Source: Camelus dromedarius (lineage: Eukaryota). Taken from it: DNA of 64,000 nt. Each line of letters starts with the position of its first letter. Within the stretch, counting starts at the first letter, position 1. This document shows positions 40,940 to 55,089 of this stretch, piece after piece. The translations under genes were made by a program, and so were the position numbers. The stretch covers positions 39,868,001 through 39,932,000 of the forward strand of contig NC_087437.1 in NCBI RefSeq assembly GCF_036321535.1, written 5' to 3'. Below the pieces are notes generated by a model. It worked only from the letters and a program-made list of their open reading frames with translations. It did not search any database and had not been told where the DNA came from.

Positions 40940-41900
40940 GGCTTTCATTGCTCTAATCATTTCTTGCAGTCATACACGGACTCTTAAATGTTGGCTTTTT
41001 ATGGGACATTTCTCACATGCAAATAAATATATTTCACTGAGGAAAATCCTGACATGAATGGAATGAAAAACCGCAACTTGGATGTAAACTGCTAAGTTAC
41101 CAATTAGCTCCTTAAAACAATTGAAAGTCACAGAGAGCCCTCAATACACAGAGGCGGTTAATTAATTAACATTAGATGTGATTAATAATGAGTCTCGTTT
41201 AATAGCAAATATCTGCCTGCAATGGCTGCATGACAGAACAAAAAGCCTTCAGAGAACGAGCAACTATATTTATCCTGATTGTGTTTGGGATTTTAACATG
41301 TTTTGTGCAGGCTGACAAATGGCCTATTAATTATCTAATGTTGTCTGACAACAACAGCTTGATAAAGATGTATGTTTTTGAATCACTGGATGGAAACTGC
41401 TGGAGAAGAGCCCCAGAGGGGCCTTGCTGTCCTAAAACTGGGCTCCAAGCCACAGTGACAGGCAAGACAAAGCCCTATCTCCCGCCACAGCCTTCGCAGA
41501 TAAAATATGACTTGGCATTAGGGACATTTTTTTTTTCTTTCAGAAAACTGCTTCTGCAATATCTGATTAGGAAAAGGAGGAGTAGGTCTTTACTAAATTG
41601 GGGTTAAGGCATAATCAATATCATATATGGAGTGTCTGGACTATTCTGCATAAACACAGGCACTCCGTGTTATTAAGGAGTCTGTAATGCCCAGGAAGCA
41701 TATGGCAGGACACTGCAGTCCTCTCTATTCTTTTTATTTAGAAGTTTATCTTCCAACCTGTTTGACAGCTGCTCCTAAGTGGTTTCACAGTGCCAAATTA
41801 TTTTTATGATTGTTTGATGTTTTATTCTCCCATTTCAGTTAATGAGATAGGATCCCACAATGGCCATAATTCAGGGCTGTCAGAACTAAAAAGCATGCTT
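40940..41900. promoter_or_regulatory. Candidate conserved non-coding enhancer, homeodomain-site rich
   Basis: No recognisable repeat; GTTAATTAATTAAC palindrome at 41157-41170; many TAAT/ATTA, TGACA and GATAA motifs. Conservation inferred, not measured. Confidence 0.5.
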
Positions 41901-44594
41901 GTGGCAAGAGAGCCTGATGGTAAATAAGGCTAAAAGCAATGGATAATAAAAAACTCTGTTATCAGAGTCGCCTCTGCAATCAAAACTTGTTGGGGTCAGA
42001 GCCTTCCTTTCTTTGTGTGGCTTCTGGATATTCCCAGCCCAGTGCGAGGTCCCTGTCCACCCTACTCCATCATCCATTTTGACTCTGCAAACAAGTCCAC
42101 ATCTCCTTGGAAAGGCGTATGAGGAATAATATTAACTAAGAAATGTTAGAAGGTCTTAAAGATATCGAGTGCTATATTCTAATTAAAGGGCTTGTGCATC
42201 ATTTACGGTGCCAAGCGAGTAATTTGTCATACACTGTTAGAGAGAAATTGTTCAACAAATAACCTTTACAAGAGTCTTGAGAACAGCTTCATAATTGAAA
42301 TCCCTAATGGTTTTGCTGGGAACTTTTATTAAGGTTTGAGGGTTTGGGTTTTTTTTTTTTTTTCCCTCTCTCCCTCAAGAGTTTATAGCGACTTACAATT
42401 GTAATGTAGCAACTTTCGTTCAGAAAAGGAAGCCTTTTCTTTATTATATTTACAAAAGCCATAAGCATTAGCAAGGCCATTTCTGTTAATAATCAAAATA
42501 CAGTAATTTGCCAGGAGAAAACAGGAGACTTGTTTTATTTTGTTCGTGTTTTTATTTTTGCTTTTGTTATTCCTAACGGAGAAAGAGGCTTTGCAGTGTT
42601 ACGAAGATAACTGAGTTTAGAATTTTTTCTATCTTACATTGAACTTCACAATCTTTATTTGACTGCAACATGATCCCTGAAAATGTGATGATAAAAAAAA
42701 AAAATTCTAAGTCACTACTAGAGACTGTTAACATAAATTATTATTCAAAAGTTCAAAAAATGAAAAGCAACCATTTTCCCAAACAATATTTCTTCCCTCT
42801 TATTACACATTTAAAATAATGGTCCTTCATAGCCAGAAAATAGCATGGCAAAAACTCAAATAATAGTAAGTCCCATAACTAATTATAAAGCCTGACATGC
42901 CTCATACAGAAACACTCCCTGATGAGTACCAAAGATTGGCTGCTTTATAAATATTCAGTGCTTGCCAGTAACCTCGGTTTTTCTCTCACATCTAAGCCTG
43001 AACCATTTGTCTCCTCTTACAATCAGCCATGTCTATGTGGTGTCATCACGTCTGAACAAGTCTGACTTACTACATGTTTTCCAGGATATAAAATTCAGGG
43101 CATGACACATCTCCATAATATGAATGGAACAATTACACAACCAAAGAGGGGTGGAAAAAAAAAAGAATTTTAAATGGGCTAAGTGTCATTATAAGGTTAG
43201 CTCCAGAAAATGCAGGTTAGAAAAAAATGACTAGTATTAAGGACTAATATTGTCAAAAATTGTCAAAAATACAGCTCTTACAAGACCCTTCATGTGACCT
43301 TGAATTGCCTTCTGCAACCAAATAAAGCTATACAAAGACCTGCACCACCCCCACACCCCAATTTTGGGATGTTCAGATCCATGCTAAAAAAAAATGTATT
43401 TCCTCATTCATGCTGAGCCACTTCTGGGGAAAAGTGTGATGGTTTCTAACCAGGGCTAGTAATGGAGCTTGGGTCATTAGGAAAACTTGGACTATTAAGC
43501 GAGTGGTTCCTATTAAAGGGATCTCAGAAGAAGTTAGAGGTAAAGATTATTACTTGGTGACTGATGAGCTGTCACCAACCCTAAACTCTCCTAAAGCCAT
43601 GAGTATCTCTAGAAGAAGGGCTGTCCCAGTCCCGAGCATCTCTCTTTCAGGTGAGTATCACCACCTCAAAAACCCAGAGCAGTAAACAAACAAAGCCAAC
43701 GATAGGTCGTGGGTGAGGCAAATACCCTAAGGAGAGCGCATAACCTGACAGTGCTTGGTGTTCAGCCCCTCCGTCCACTTGAGTATGAAACTCAGAAAAG
43801 CTCAAAGTGCTAAGACACCAGTCACATTTGCTCCACTGTTTCAGCTGGTTTGGTTTGTCCATCATGAATGTTGCTCTCATCAGCTTGACCTGACTAACGC
43901 CTGTGAACATAATTCTTATGGGTTTGCTAGAAGAAAGCTTTTGAGCCTCGTCCCGGCCAGGGGCTACATACTGGTGGCCTGTGGGCAATCTTTGCCTATG
44001 GAAGAGTTTTATGTCATCCCCAGTGTGTTTCTTCTTAAAAAAAAAATATATATATATATGTATTTTTTTTTTTTACTTGTCAATGTTTCATACTGAGAGG
44101 ATTTTACATTAATAAAAAAATCAGATTTCCAGCTTCCTGAAAATTTGTAAGATCTGGCAACATGAGTTCCACACCCTGGGAGAGCAACACGGAGGGAAAA
44201 CCCTTCAGACATCACAATCACTCTTGGATTCTCCACAATCCCTACCTGATTCTTTCCTTTAGTCGCATTTCTCACCTCAGTCCTGCTCTGGCTTCTAAAC
44301 AATACCCCAAATCTAGCCCAAACTTCCTCATTCCACAAAATAGAGGTCCAGGGGATTTCAGTTGGAGTGATCAATGCCACAAAACTCGTTTGCTGCAGAA
44401 GTGGGCTTAGATCCCAGACCTCCTAGTTGCCAAACCAAGGCAATTAATCATTATAGATTCACCAATGCAGTCACAGCCTGTTTTCCAGGAGCTTGGTGCC
44501 TAGCAGGGCACAGAGGATGCATTTGTTAATGGCTCTAGTAGGGTGAAAAGTTACACCTGCCACAGGAAAAGAAAATATAAAGTGCCATGGACTT

Positions 44595-44690
44595 TCAGCA
44601 TCCATATTACCTGGGAGCTTGTTAGAAATGCAAATTTTCAGGTCTGCATTTTAACAAGCCCCACCCCATGATTCAAATTGTCTGCTCTGG
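44595..44690. mobile_element. MER5A fragment
   Basis: tacctgggagcttgttagaaatgcaaattttcagg...tctgcattttaacaagcccc. Confidence 0.75.
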
Positions 44691-47600
44691 GTCTAGGGCT
44701 TCACGCTATTCCTGTTTCCATCAGCCGGTATGTAAGGATGGAACCACATGGCTACGAGGTTCTCTTGGACCCTGTGCCACCATAACACTGTGGACTGAAA
44801 GTGTAATCAGTGTTAGTAATAAACAAAGTAGAATATCAAATTAGGATTCTTCCTTTGACCCAGGGGAAGAAGAATCCATGGATGGCCCCTGCGGATATAC
44901 TTTTGCAGTGTGGAAAGCTAAGGACTGAAACCAGAAAAGCCACAGGAAGCAGGAGGACTTCACCTAGGGCAGATCACTGGTAGGATGTCTGAGAAAAGTA
45001 CATTGAGGAAGCCGTACTATCTGAGGTCCCAGCAACCAGACCCAGAACCAAACGATATTAATTGCCCTCCAATCCCTCCAAAAGCATCATGCTCCAGACC
45101 TGTTCACGGCTCTACTGCTGTTCTCCACGGCTGGAAGCAGCTCCTCTGACAGGGCTCTGCCATGTATCTGACAGTCCCTTGCAGGCACCTCTTTCCTGAC
45201 CAGGAAAGCAGGGACATTCACTAATGTATAAGCCCATATACGGGGCGTCACTTAGGAGAGGCTACCGATTGTTCAGATACCCAAGAGGATTTTTTTTTTC
45301 TTTAATTTAGAAACTCACACAGCTCACTTTTGAACAACCATTGTTTCACTGGGCTCTCTATGCTGAATCTCAGCCAAAGGATTGAAAACTAGATCCAGGG
45401 CATGAAGATAAAATGAATAAACAAATTAGTATAGTACCTAAAGAAAGAAGAGATGCTCTTGGGAATATAAGGAAGAGTAAAGGACAACAACCTAAAAACA
45501 CTCAGTTCCTCTTATCTGATTGTATCAGACTAATTTGTATGTGTGCAAAGAAGCAGAATATACGGAAAAGGGTAATAGAATTTAAAAATGAACCACAGTC
45601 TTTCTTTTGGCTCCATAATTGTGTTTCAGACATAAAAATGAGACTACCCCCTTAAACAGAATCTCTGATGTCCACGTTTGAATAATAGATGTTCCCAATT
45701 ATTACTAAAAGTGTCACCTCTGAAATACGAGGGCCACCTACCTGTGAGGCCGTCAGCCTGCCAGGCACACACTGAGGATTTGGATTCCTTGTTTTGTTTT
45801 CCCTTATCTTTCCTCCCTCTTGAATGAGAGCAAATGGCTCTGCATTGTTCACAAGCATGCACAGAAATGCGATGTAACCTAAGATAGGTTTTCAGGTGTT
45901 CCTTTTTCCAAGCACAAGGAAAGAAAATAGATGACACCACAAGTTTAATACTAATTGATTTATTACCTGCCTAAGCAAATCCCGGGCAGTGCAATGGCAG
46001 GCTTGGACTTAAAGCAAATGATTTACAAGATAATGTTTGACTCTGGGAAAGGGTAATCAGACCCAGATACAATGGATGATAGGATAATTGAGAAGAAATA
46101 AAAGAGGATAAATTGCCATGTGCTAACGAGTTTACAGGCCCTAATGGGAAGGACATCAGTTTTAACACTCAGGTTATGAGCTGGGAGCAAGTCTTTTTCT
46201 CCATCCACACCACCCGCCCCTCCTTCAACTGCTGAAGATGTAGTGTGGAAACAAACCAAGATTAATGGTATCCCCCTCATTTACCTAACCATTCTTTACA
46301 CCTCAGACAGCTTCCTGTATTAAGTAGAGGGCTGTGGTGCTTATTTTTTAAAACCAACTTTATTCCAACAGTTCCTGTCAGCGTAGGCCACTTACTCAAC
46401 ACTGCTTGGATAGAAATGGTTTGGGCTCAAGCCACTTGGGCAACAACTCTTCTGCCTCCCACATCCCTGGGGGCCTCAGAGCCTGATGAGTTGACTCCGT
46501 TATCTGCAAGCCTTTTGGCCTCATGGAGAATATTCCAAACCATTTATGCAACCTGGGTGCACTCACATTTGGAAATGGTTGCCTGAGCAGCAATCACGTC
46601 TTGCCTCATGATTCATTTTTATATCTCACTCACCCGCCATCCCACATCACCAGCAAGGACCGGTGACACTTTATTGGTATTTTTGATTACTGCTATAGTC
46701 ATCTGAATTTTTCACAGGACGGGGGCCTCTGGTCCAACTGTAGCCACACACTGTGTGAGGGGTACAGGCTACAGAGAAATAAAGGAGCAGTGGTGAGCAG
46801 AGCGATTGGGAAGTAATGTAGAGCGAGGCACTTCCTGGGAGACTGGGAACCTATTCCCTTGTAATGTTTCCACCAAATGAAGTTTAGTATGATGAATCGT
46901 GGAGCAACTCCGGCACGTCTTCACCTCACAAAGAGGCAGCTCAAGTGCTGCATTTAAACGTGTCTGAATGATGACTTGATTCCCTTACACAGAAGCCAAA
47001 GGAGCACGTAGCCAAAATGGCTATTTCTACCTGGGTTGGGAAGGTGGCTTTAGAGCATCTCACATTGTCACGTTTGCTTGGGAACGCTGAGTGATTGTTC
47101 CATGTTTCCTGATGTGATGCCAGCCAATAGGACTTGATTCGATGTTAGAGTCAGATTGTAAAACATAATGGAGTGATTCCTACTCAAACCATAATTATTT
47201 CCCTGACTGGTATCTTGTGGAGCAAGGTTCTAAGGATTGATCTGAAACTGACATCCTGGAGATTTCTGAACCAATCAGTGTCACTGTGAAACTACAGGCA
47301 ATAGTGTTTTTCCACTCCATGCATGAGATTTTAGGAACACCTGGTTGTTTCCAGTTTCCAACACTAGTAAACTTCCCCAGTTCATATTAATTTAGAGAAA
47401 CCAGAAAAGTCATATTGTTGGTCATACTAGTTTCTACTTTACCAAGTACTTTTATCTGAAAAAGTGATCGAATAATACAGAAGGCTGTTTATAGTTTTCC
47501 ATTATTACTGAAAATATCTGCAGTAATGTAGCTGAATTTGCTCAGCCTAATCCATAGCTAAGATTCATTTTAATTAAGATGACAACTGTTTATGCAAAAG

Positions 47601-50600
47601 CGGATGATTCTAACAAACTCTTCAGGCTTGGCCTTTCCCGGCTAGCCCCTGGCCCAGCACCCCCCCAGGGCAATTCTGCATTCCCTTATCTTACAACTCT
47701 GTTCATTAATACTTCACATAGCAAACCTGCTCTTGGGTAGACTAAGGGTTTAGGCCACCGATTTAGGTTGAATTCTTACAGTTTCTGAATTAACTCTGTG
47801 ATGCGTCACCCTGTACTTTTATGGAAAAGCTCCCTGGTGCTTGGCAGCAGAGAAACATCTGAGACTGAGATCCTTAAATGTTTTGAAAGACTAAACAGGA
47901 TCATTTTTAACCCTTTAGGCTACTGAAATCCTTTTCTGAAAACTTTAAAAATAGATTTTCTCTGGGGTGACGATAAAGGAGCCCAACTTAGGCAGATAAA
48001 CTGAGTCTGAAGAGTTGTGCCGTGGCTTCCGAAGGTCACATAAGAAGCAGAAAAGCTGGGAACAAGTCCTGGGATCTCTGACTCCCACGTCCCCTTTGGG
48101 AACACCAGACAATACAGACACCCTTCGTGAACTGAATCCAAAAATTGTAAAAGATAAGTTGTTTCCTTAGATTGTTCAAAGAGGAAAAAAGAGAATAGCT
48201 TTCCCACAGAGAGCAAACAAATAGTGAATGGGCCCTCTCTTCATCCTATAGAGTTCTATGTGAGAATGTTTTTTTTTTCTTATGTGAATTCTTAAAAAGT
48301 CCACTTGGATTGCTGCCTAACACAGAACATTTCAGAACAGATCTATTTTTTGTCTAAACAATAGAAGTAGTGGGTCATAGAACTTCGGGGCTGGGAAAGA
48401 CCTTGGAGATCATGGAGTTCACCACCGTCATTTTACAAACTAAGAATCAGAAAGATTAGATGGCATGGATGTGTTTACATTCAATCATAACAGAGGCAAT
48501 TAAATAAATTACAAGGAGACTAAATCTTTTCGTATGAATGTTCCAATGATTCTAGTGAAAAAAAAGTACAAGGATGTGTTATCTGAAACACATTTACATG
48601 GTAAGACTTGGCTTCTGCCCTTTCAAGAGTTAGCAAATCTCACTGACGGTGGATTCAGTTCCACTACAAGAAACTGAATAAATATCAATGGATGTCCCAG
48701 CATCCCAAGACCAGTCCCTTTCAGATTCCATAGGTCCAGGTTTTGTCAATAGCTAAAAGAGGAAATGGAAGAGATTAGCATGATAGCAAAGCTTAGTACA
48801 ACACAGGGATTAAGTAAGAAGAGAGTCAAAAACATCCACGAAGGGGAATCAGATAACCTACGGGGAAGTCTGAGATATATGTGAGATCCTGTTCCAGGGT
48901 TCGCATATCAGTTGCCAGGGCCTTTGGGAAAATAATCCTTGTCTTTTATTATGTTGCCCTCCTTGCCTTCTTGTTCCCTCTCAACCAGTCAGCCTGCAGC
49001 CTTAGAAGCCGGCACCTGAGGAAAACTAAAGCTCTTTCTGAAATAGACCAACTGTTGCACCAAAAGGACCTTCTCCCAAAGACACAGCTTACTGACACTG
49101 GACACAACAGACCTGGTTAGTTCTGCTGGGTTTGGAACTTCTACTAGCTCCCCACCCCACCTCCCTTATTTTCTTATTTCATCTACCATGGAAATTAGTT
49201 GAAAGACTGTAAAATGAGCAACTTTAAAATGATTCTGACTGTGATCTTACTGGCATCATCCTCTGAGACAGAAACAATGATATGGATGGATGTTCAAATA
49301 GGTATTTTTAGGAAGAAAGTTTTACATGAAAAGGATGTCCACAAACATGGAGCTTAATGTTGTTGCCCAGAGGAAGCTGACAGCCATGGCTAAGTTTTAG
49401 AGAATTCCAGAATTTTAGGACTACAAAGAAATTTGTGGTTCAGCTTACCCAGAATTTTCATTTTACAAATGAGAAAACTGTACTTTAGGTTTTCAGAGAG
49501 TTGGCCGAGGTCATTAGTCAGTAAATAGCAATAAGAGACCCAGGCTTCTGGGTTCCCACTGCAGTGCTTTTCCTAGCAATTCTGGATAAGCTCACACAGA
49601 TCTAAAAAGACAACAGCAGAGCAACAACAAAATATTGCTCTCCCTTTCTAAAAAGATAGGTTTCTGGAAGTGATAGTGTATAAATTAATCACAGCTGTCT
49701 GTGGGTACAAATTTAGCAGTAGCTAAGAACACACAGCTGATAGGGAACTCTTTAACTCCTAAAAGAAGGCAAGATGTAAGGCATCCTATGGGAAGTCGAA
49801 GACTTCGACTCATTCCAAAAGCCTTACAGACTCATGGGAGCAATGGGAAGCCTGGTGAGCTGGTTTCACACCAGGCCTTTACCTTATATATGCTCACAAA
49901 AATGATGAACTGGTATTCTTAGAACAAAGCTAACTTCTTACTCTACCTATGTTATAAAGCTTTGTTTTCCCTCTCCAAATTCACTCTCAGAGCATGTAAT
50001 CTGGCTCTCAATCACCAAACCCTGGTGGCGATCTAAAGAGCAAAGAGCAAACCTTAGACATGTCTGAGTAGATTTGCCATGAACCCGAGGATCCAGTGAG
50101 AGACACGTTCTACCAACAACTAAATCCTCCTGCCAACGGAGGAGGTGGTGGGCAGCAGGGAGAGGCTATCCATTTGGACAGACATTCAATCAATGGGTAG
50201 CAGCTTAACATACCAGTTTCCAGGCATTAGAGAGCTACAATTTTATTCTTACATCGAAATGCAAAGCTGTTGATGAGAAAATGGTGCACGTGCTGAATGA
50301 TGGGCTTAACGTCAGACAGCCAGATGTTTTCACTTAGGGTTCATCCCATCCCTGCCAGCAGGTGGGAGAGGAAAAAGAAGGCAATATTGTTTTTCTAGAC
50401 TAGGAGTTTCTTGAGAACAAGGAGTGAGAGGGTGTCAATTTTACACCCTTATACCTTTAGCATCTACTACAATGTCTGGCACAGAGTAGATGCTCTGGGT
50501 TTCTTGAATTCATGCAATGATACTCAAATCAGTTCATTTTCCTAATTAGTTTGGTAAAGAATAAAACTAAAAACCATTGACATTTTGATGCTCTGTTAAT

Positions 50601-53174
50601 TCTATTTGTCCATATTACACTGGGGGGACATCTTTAAAGACAACTGAAAATAGTCTTGGGCAACAGTTTAAGGTATTTATTTCCTTTCAAATTCAACAAA
50701 TAACCCTGCTGCTATAAAGAGATGTAAAAGTATTCTTTATTTGTGAGTGCATTTGCCAAATGCAAGTATAGTTTTACATTCTAGAATTTAATAGAAAATT
50801 ATTTTGAAAATGTCTTAAAAACAAGTTTTCCCAGTGCCTAAATTTTTATGCAAAAATTTATGCAATCCCCCAAAAAGCAATTTTTAGCAATATGTTCATA
50901 TGTAACACATATACACTGACTTTTTATTTAATAAATCAGAAACTGAGATACAAGGAACTAGCTTTCAAAGTCCAGTTCAATAGGACAGAAAGTTTTCCTG
51001 TTGGTGGGCATAAAATTAGCTCATGTTCATCACTGAAGCCAGTGGAGCACATGGACAAACGCTCAGCTCAAATATTTCATGGAAAGTGTGAGCACACATT
51101 TATGTGGCTGTGAGCATGCAAAATAACACACACATGTAATTTTACAATTCAATTTAAGTATAAGGAAATGGACTCCCATTCCCAGGCACGGGGCATTAAA
51201 AAGGAAGCCATCCCACTGGGAAATGGAAGGATTAAGCACAGATTCCTGTGCGGCATCATTCATCTTGCTCGGTGCTCATGTGAAAACATAAAAACTCCAT
51301 CTGTTCCCTAGGCATGCTTAGTTTGTTGTTCAGATGGTTTGTTTTAAAGATTAATTTATAATGGTTAAGTTAGTTATTTCAAATGAAAAAGTGCACAAAA
51401 TGGAGCTTGGCATCTGGTTTTGCTAAAAGTGTTAAGAGATATTTAAGCAGGTGAGTGTCATCCCTACTTCAAGTATAAAATCAACAGGAGTTAGATTCTG
51501 CTTCCAGATAGACAAGCCTCCATCAGCATATGAGTGGAAACAAAATAAAAAGAAGATAATGACTTTTTTAAACTCTAAGTTCATCCCCAAATATACTTAG
51601 AACTTTTATTTAGATAACTTAACCTTATCAGAAAATTTTCTTTAACTCGATCTGCTTTGAGAGTGAAACCTTCAATATTTCTGCCTATCCAGTTATACAT
51701 TTAAATTTTCTAATTTCTTCAGTTGTCATTGGAGTTGGATGTAGTGGGAAAGAATAGTGCAGTAAGCTGGCCTCCACTTCCTCCTCAAATGGCAGTTTGG
51801 GTCCTCGTTGTCATGGTGGAAGACATCATATACATGCTAATTATTTTTTTATTAAGTATAATTTTATTAGGAGAATTGAAACATAGGTAATGGGAAGTGT
51901 TTTCCTCATTCACCTGTTTTTCTGCAGGTGATTATAGTTTCTATACACCCTTGACCAAAGAAGAACCCTACTCAATCAGAGACGTTTCCATGAAACTTTC
52001 TGAGAGACACCCATTAAGTGGGAAGGGCCAAGAGAAGCCCCACTGAGCCAGCCAGAGCAGCCAGCAGAGCAGTGGTACAGGGAAGACAGAGCCAGCACAT
52101 CCAGGTGATGATGTGACTCCAGTGATCAGAGGTGATCATGTTTGTGCAAGTATTCTTACCTTTGTGCATGTTAGAGGTTTGCATTTGGGTTTTCCTAAAA
52201 CATCCAAAACAAATCATTGAGACACTGGAAACCTTTGTTTTGAAGACATTTCAAAGCAACTTTCTATTAAATTTTAGAGTATTCAAATATATTGCAGTTG
52301 GCATATGCACTTAAACGTAAAGCACATCTTTTAAAATAGTTTTCATAACATCAAGTCTTTGCTGGATTTGAAACAAAAGATAGAAGAAAACAATCTCAAG
52401 CCACTATCCAAAATTCATCCTGGTTGTCTACAAGGACATCTCACCAGCATAGATTTCATCTACTCTGCTTACCAGAAAGCACTGTGGGCCCTCACTCATT
52501 GCTTATTACTTTATTTACCTTTGTTCTTATTATAATGCCACTCATTTACCCTTGTTCTCTCTGCTTTTCTAACTCTCATTGGATTCGAAGCAGCAAATTA
52601 GAAGGGTACTAGATGAGAATGAGTGGGGAGAATTCTCCAGGAAACTGGGGGATTTCTGTACTATTCATTTAAATCTATTCAGCTTTATGGCCATATGTAT
52701 CACCTTAAATGGTATCTTTACTTCTATATCAATTTATTGCATACAATAATTTCCCTCTGTTCACAGCTATCCCATTTCAGGTAAGTGAGACAAAGCAGCT
52801 CTTTTTCTGTCCGCAGTCCTAATCATCACATTTTTGTCTATGTTGAGAATATACTACTCAAGGTTTCTTTTCAAATAAGAAATTAAATTAAACATTAAAT
52901 AATAAAACTTTTAAGAAGTTCTCATAGACTTCTTCTGCCTTACTGTCACTGTATCAAGGCTCCAGATATCAGTGTCAAATATATTTGATATTTACCTTTG
53001 TATGTGGGAGAATTTTTCCCTTTAAAAAATCTTACAACAAAGTAGTTAATCATATTAGAAGAAAAGATAAAGACATTACTAACAAATTTCCTGGTTTAAG
53101 TTCTTTTCATCTATCTATTTGTACTGTATTTAAGGTCTTTCTGGTGTTTTAAGTTTTTTTTTTTTTTTTTTTTT

Positions 53175-53420
53175 GGAGGCAGCCTTGTTTAAAGATGAAG
53201 AGCTTGAATTCTGGAGCCAAACTACCTGTAGGTTTTTGATCCCAGCTCTGCCACTAGTTAGCTGTGTGCTCTTGGACAAGTAACTTAACCTCTCTCATTT
53301 CCACATCTGTACAACAATAATAATATGTATTTCCTATTATTGTTATTAAGATTAAATGAATCATGTGTAAAGTTCTCAGAAGAGTGGCTGCACATAGTAA
53401 GCTCTCTGTGTTCGTTATAT
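53175..53420 (+). mobile_element. MIR SINE, near full length
   Basis: ttctggagccaaactacct...atcccagctctgccactagttagctgtgtgctcttggacaagtaacttaacctctc...attaaatga...cacatagtaagctct. Confidence 0.9.
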
Positions 53421-54827
53421 GAATAAAATAAAAAGCTTAGAGACAATCATTGATTAGATTCCATTTGGACAATGCCAGATAAATGGCCAGCACTTTGCTT
53501 GTCTTAGATTATCATCAAAATGTGATCTCTCTCATTTTACACTGATTTTTTCGGTGTGTGTTGACATCCATTTTAACATAATGACATCATTTCATTTCAC
53601 TTTGGCCCTCAGCTGTTAACAGTGCTATTGAACACTCTCAGTTGGGATTAATTTATCTTTCACATTTTCATATGGCTTTCTCACTGTAGGAAAATCCTTG
53701 TGATGTAGTAACCAATTTTATTTCTAGAAAATTCAGTCTTGGAGTTAAGAGATTTCTTCTCAGAACACCCATAACAATTATAAGCTCAGTTACAATTCAT
53801 CTGGCATTTTCCATGTTTTCTTCTTTTGCTTAATTATGGAATCTATCTTCTGGGTTTGAACTCATAATATTCTGAATAGAATCTTTACACTGTATATGAT
53901 CCTCTTCTAGGTAAAAGTCTTCAAAAACTCCATCACTTAGGAACCGGGATGCAGTCACGATATAAAACCACATGTCTGCCCAAACTCACATTTTTAAAAC
54001 TTGTGTCCACTTTATTTTGATCCTAAGTTGTATTTTGCTGCCATCTGAACACAAGAGATACAATAATTGAAGAATCAGGAATATAAAACAGGAGTAGAAC
54101 AAAATCCCTAGCCATCACTGTTACTGGTAGACTAGAAACCCATCAGTCTAACAGGTAACTTTCAAAAGCCCAAACACTTGATATGCATATGCCAAATGGG
54201 CTTCTGGCTGAATACAGTGAATACCAAAATTGGTATTTAGAAGCGGGTCCTTCTCAAAGAAGTCTTAGTTCCCACCTTTGACCCTTAACTGGGGTGCTCA
54301 GACATTGCCTGTGATGATGGCTCCCAGTGAAGGCTCTGTGCTGTGCTTGGCTGCATTTCTATCTGAGTGCCAACAGCAAGATAAATGAAAGACTGGTTCA
54401 CTGGAGTACTGGTGGTTTGGGGGCTATTGATTTTTGGTCCATTCTCTTTAAAAGTGAGATCTAAAAAGTTGACAGAGGGTCATTAATTTCATCATATGCT
54501 TGTCGTCTCATCCATAACCAATCCAGGGTCTGAGTGCGCTTGTCACTCTGTGTTTGTACTTTATTTGTTTAGGGTTTTCTTGGTGATTCCACTTTTTTTT
54601 TTTTTTTTTTTTTTTTTTAGCTTTTCACTTCAACCCCTTTGAATAAAGGGAAAAAAGACATGCCAGTTTGTAGATCTTTCCTGAAATTGATTTGGGGATA
54701 GAGAAAATTATAGACATAGATATATAGGAAAGAGACTTAGATAATGGGAAACATTTAAAAGGCTCACAAGTCTGCCAGCTGCCTTCTAACCTTGGCTTAA
54801 AAAAATCCTAATTATTCAATTAGCCCT

Positions 54828-54851
54828 ACACACACACACACACACACACAC
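54828..54851. repeat. (CA)n microsatellite
   Basis: About 12 AC units. Confidence 0.95.
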
Positions 54852-54951
54852 TTGAATAAACGCTTAACATCGAATTGGTGATCTTGCTTTTATGAAATAT
54901 TAAAACCCAAGTTGATAACATTCTTCCACGAAAAGCCCGTGGGTTCTTATT

Positions 54952-55089
54952 TGTTTATTTATTTATTTTAAGGTGGGGAGGGAGATAATCAGATTTTTTT
55001 TTTTTTTTTAGAGGTACTGGGGATTGAACGCAGGACCTCATGCATGCTAAGCATGCACTCTACCACTTGAGCTATACCCTCCCAACCCT
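54952..55089 (-). mobile_element. tRNA-derived SINE, camelid Vic-1-like
   Basis: Reverse strand reads gggagggtatagctcaagtggtagagtgcatgcttagcatgcatgaggtcctgcgttcaatccccagtacctc (Pol III A and B boxes), an A-run, a spacer and an (AAAT)n tail; 16-bp TSD with 2 mismatches at 54936-54951 and 55090-55105. Confidence 0.9.

Noticed and set aside
54592..54620. T27-AG as a splice acceptor or retroposon tail
   Set aside because: No matching donor/exon or TSD found; treated as a homopolymer.
55015..55089. tRNA gene
   Set aside because: It is the tRNA-derived head of a SINE, with an A-rich tail and TSD.
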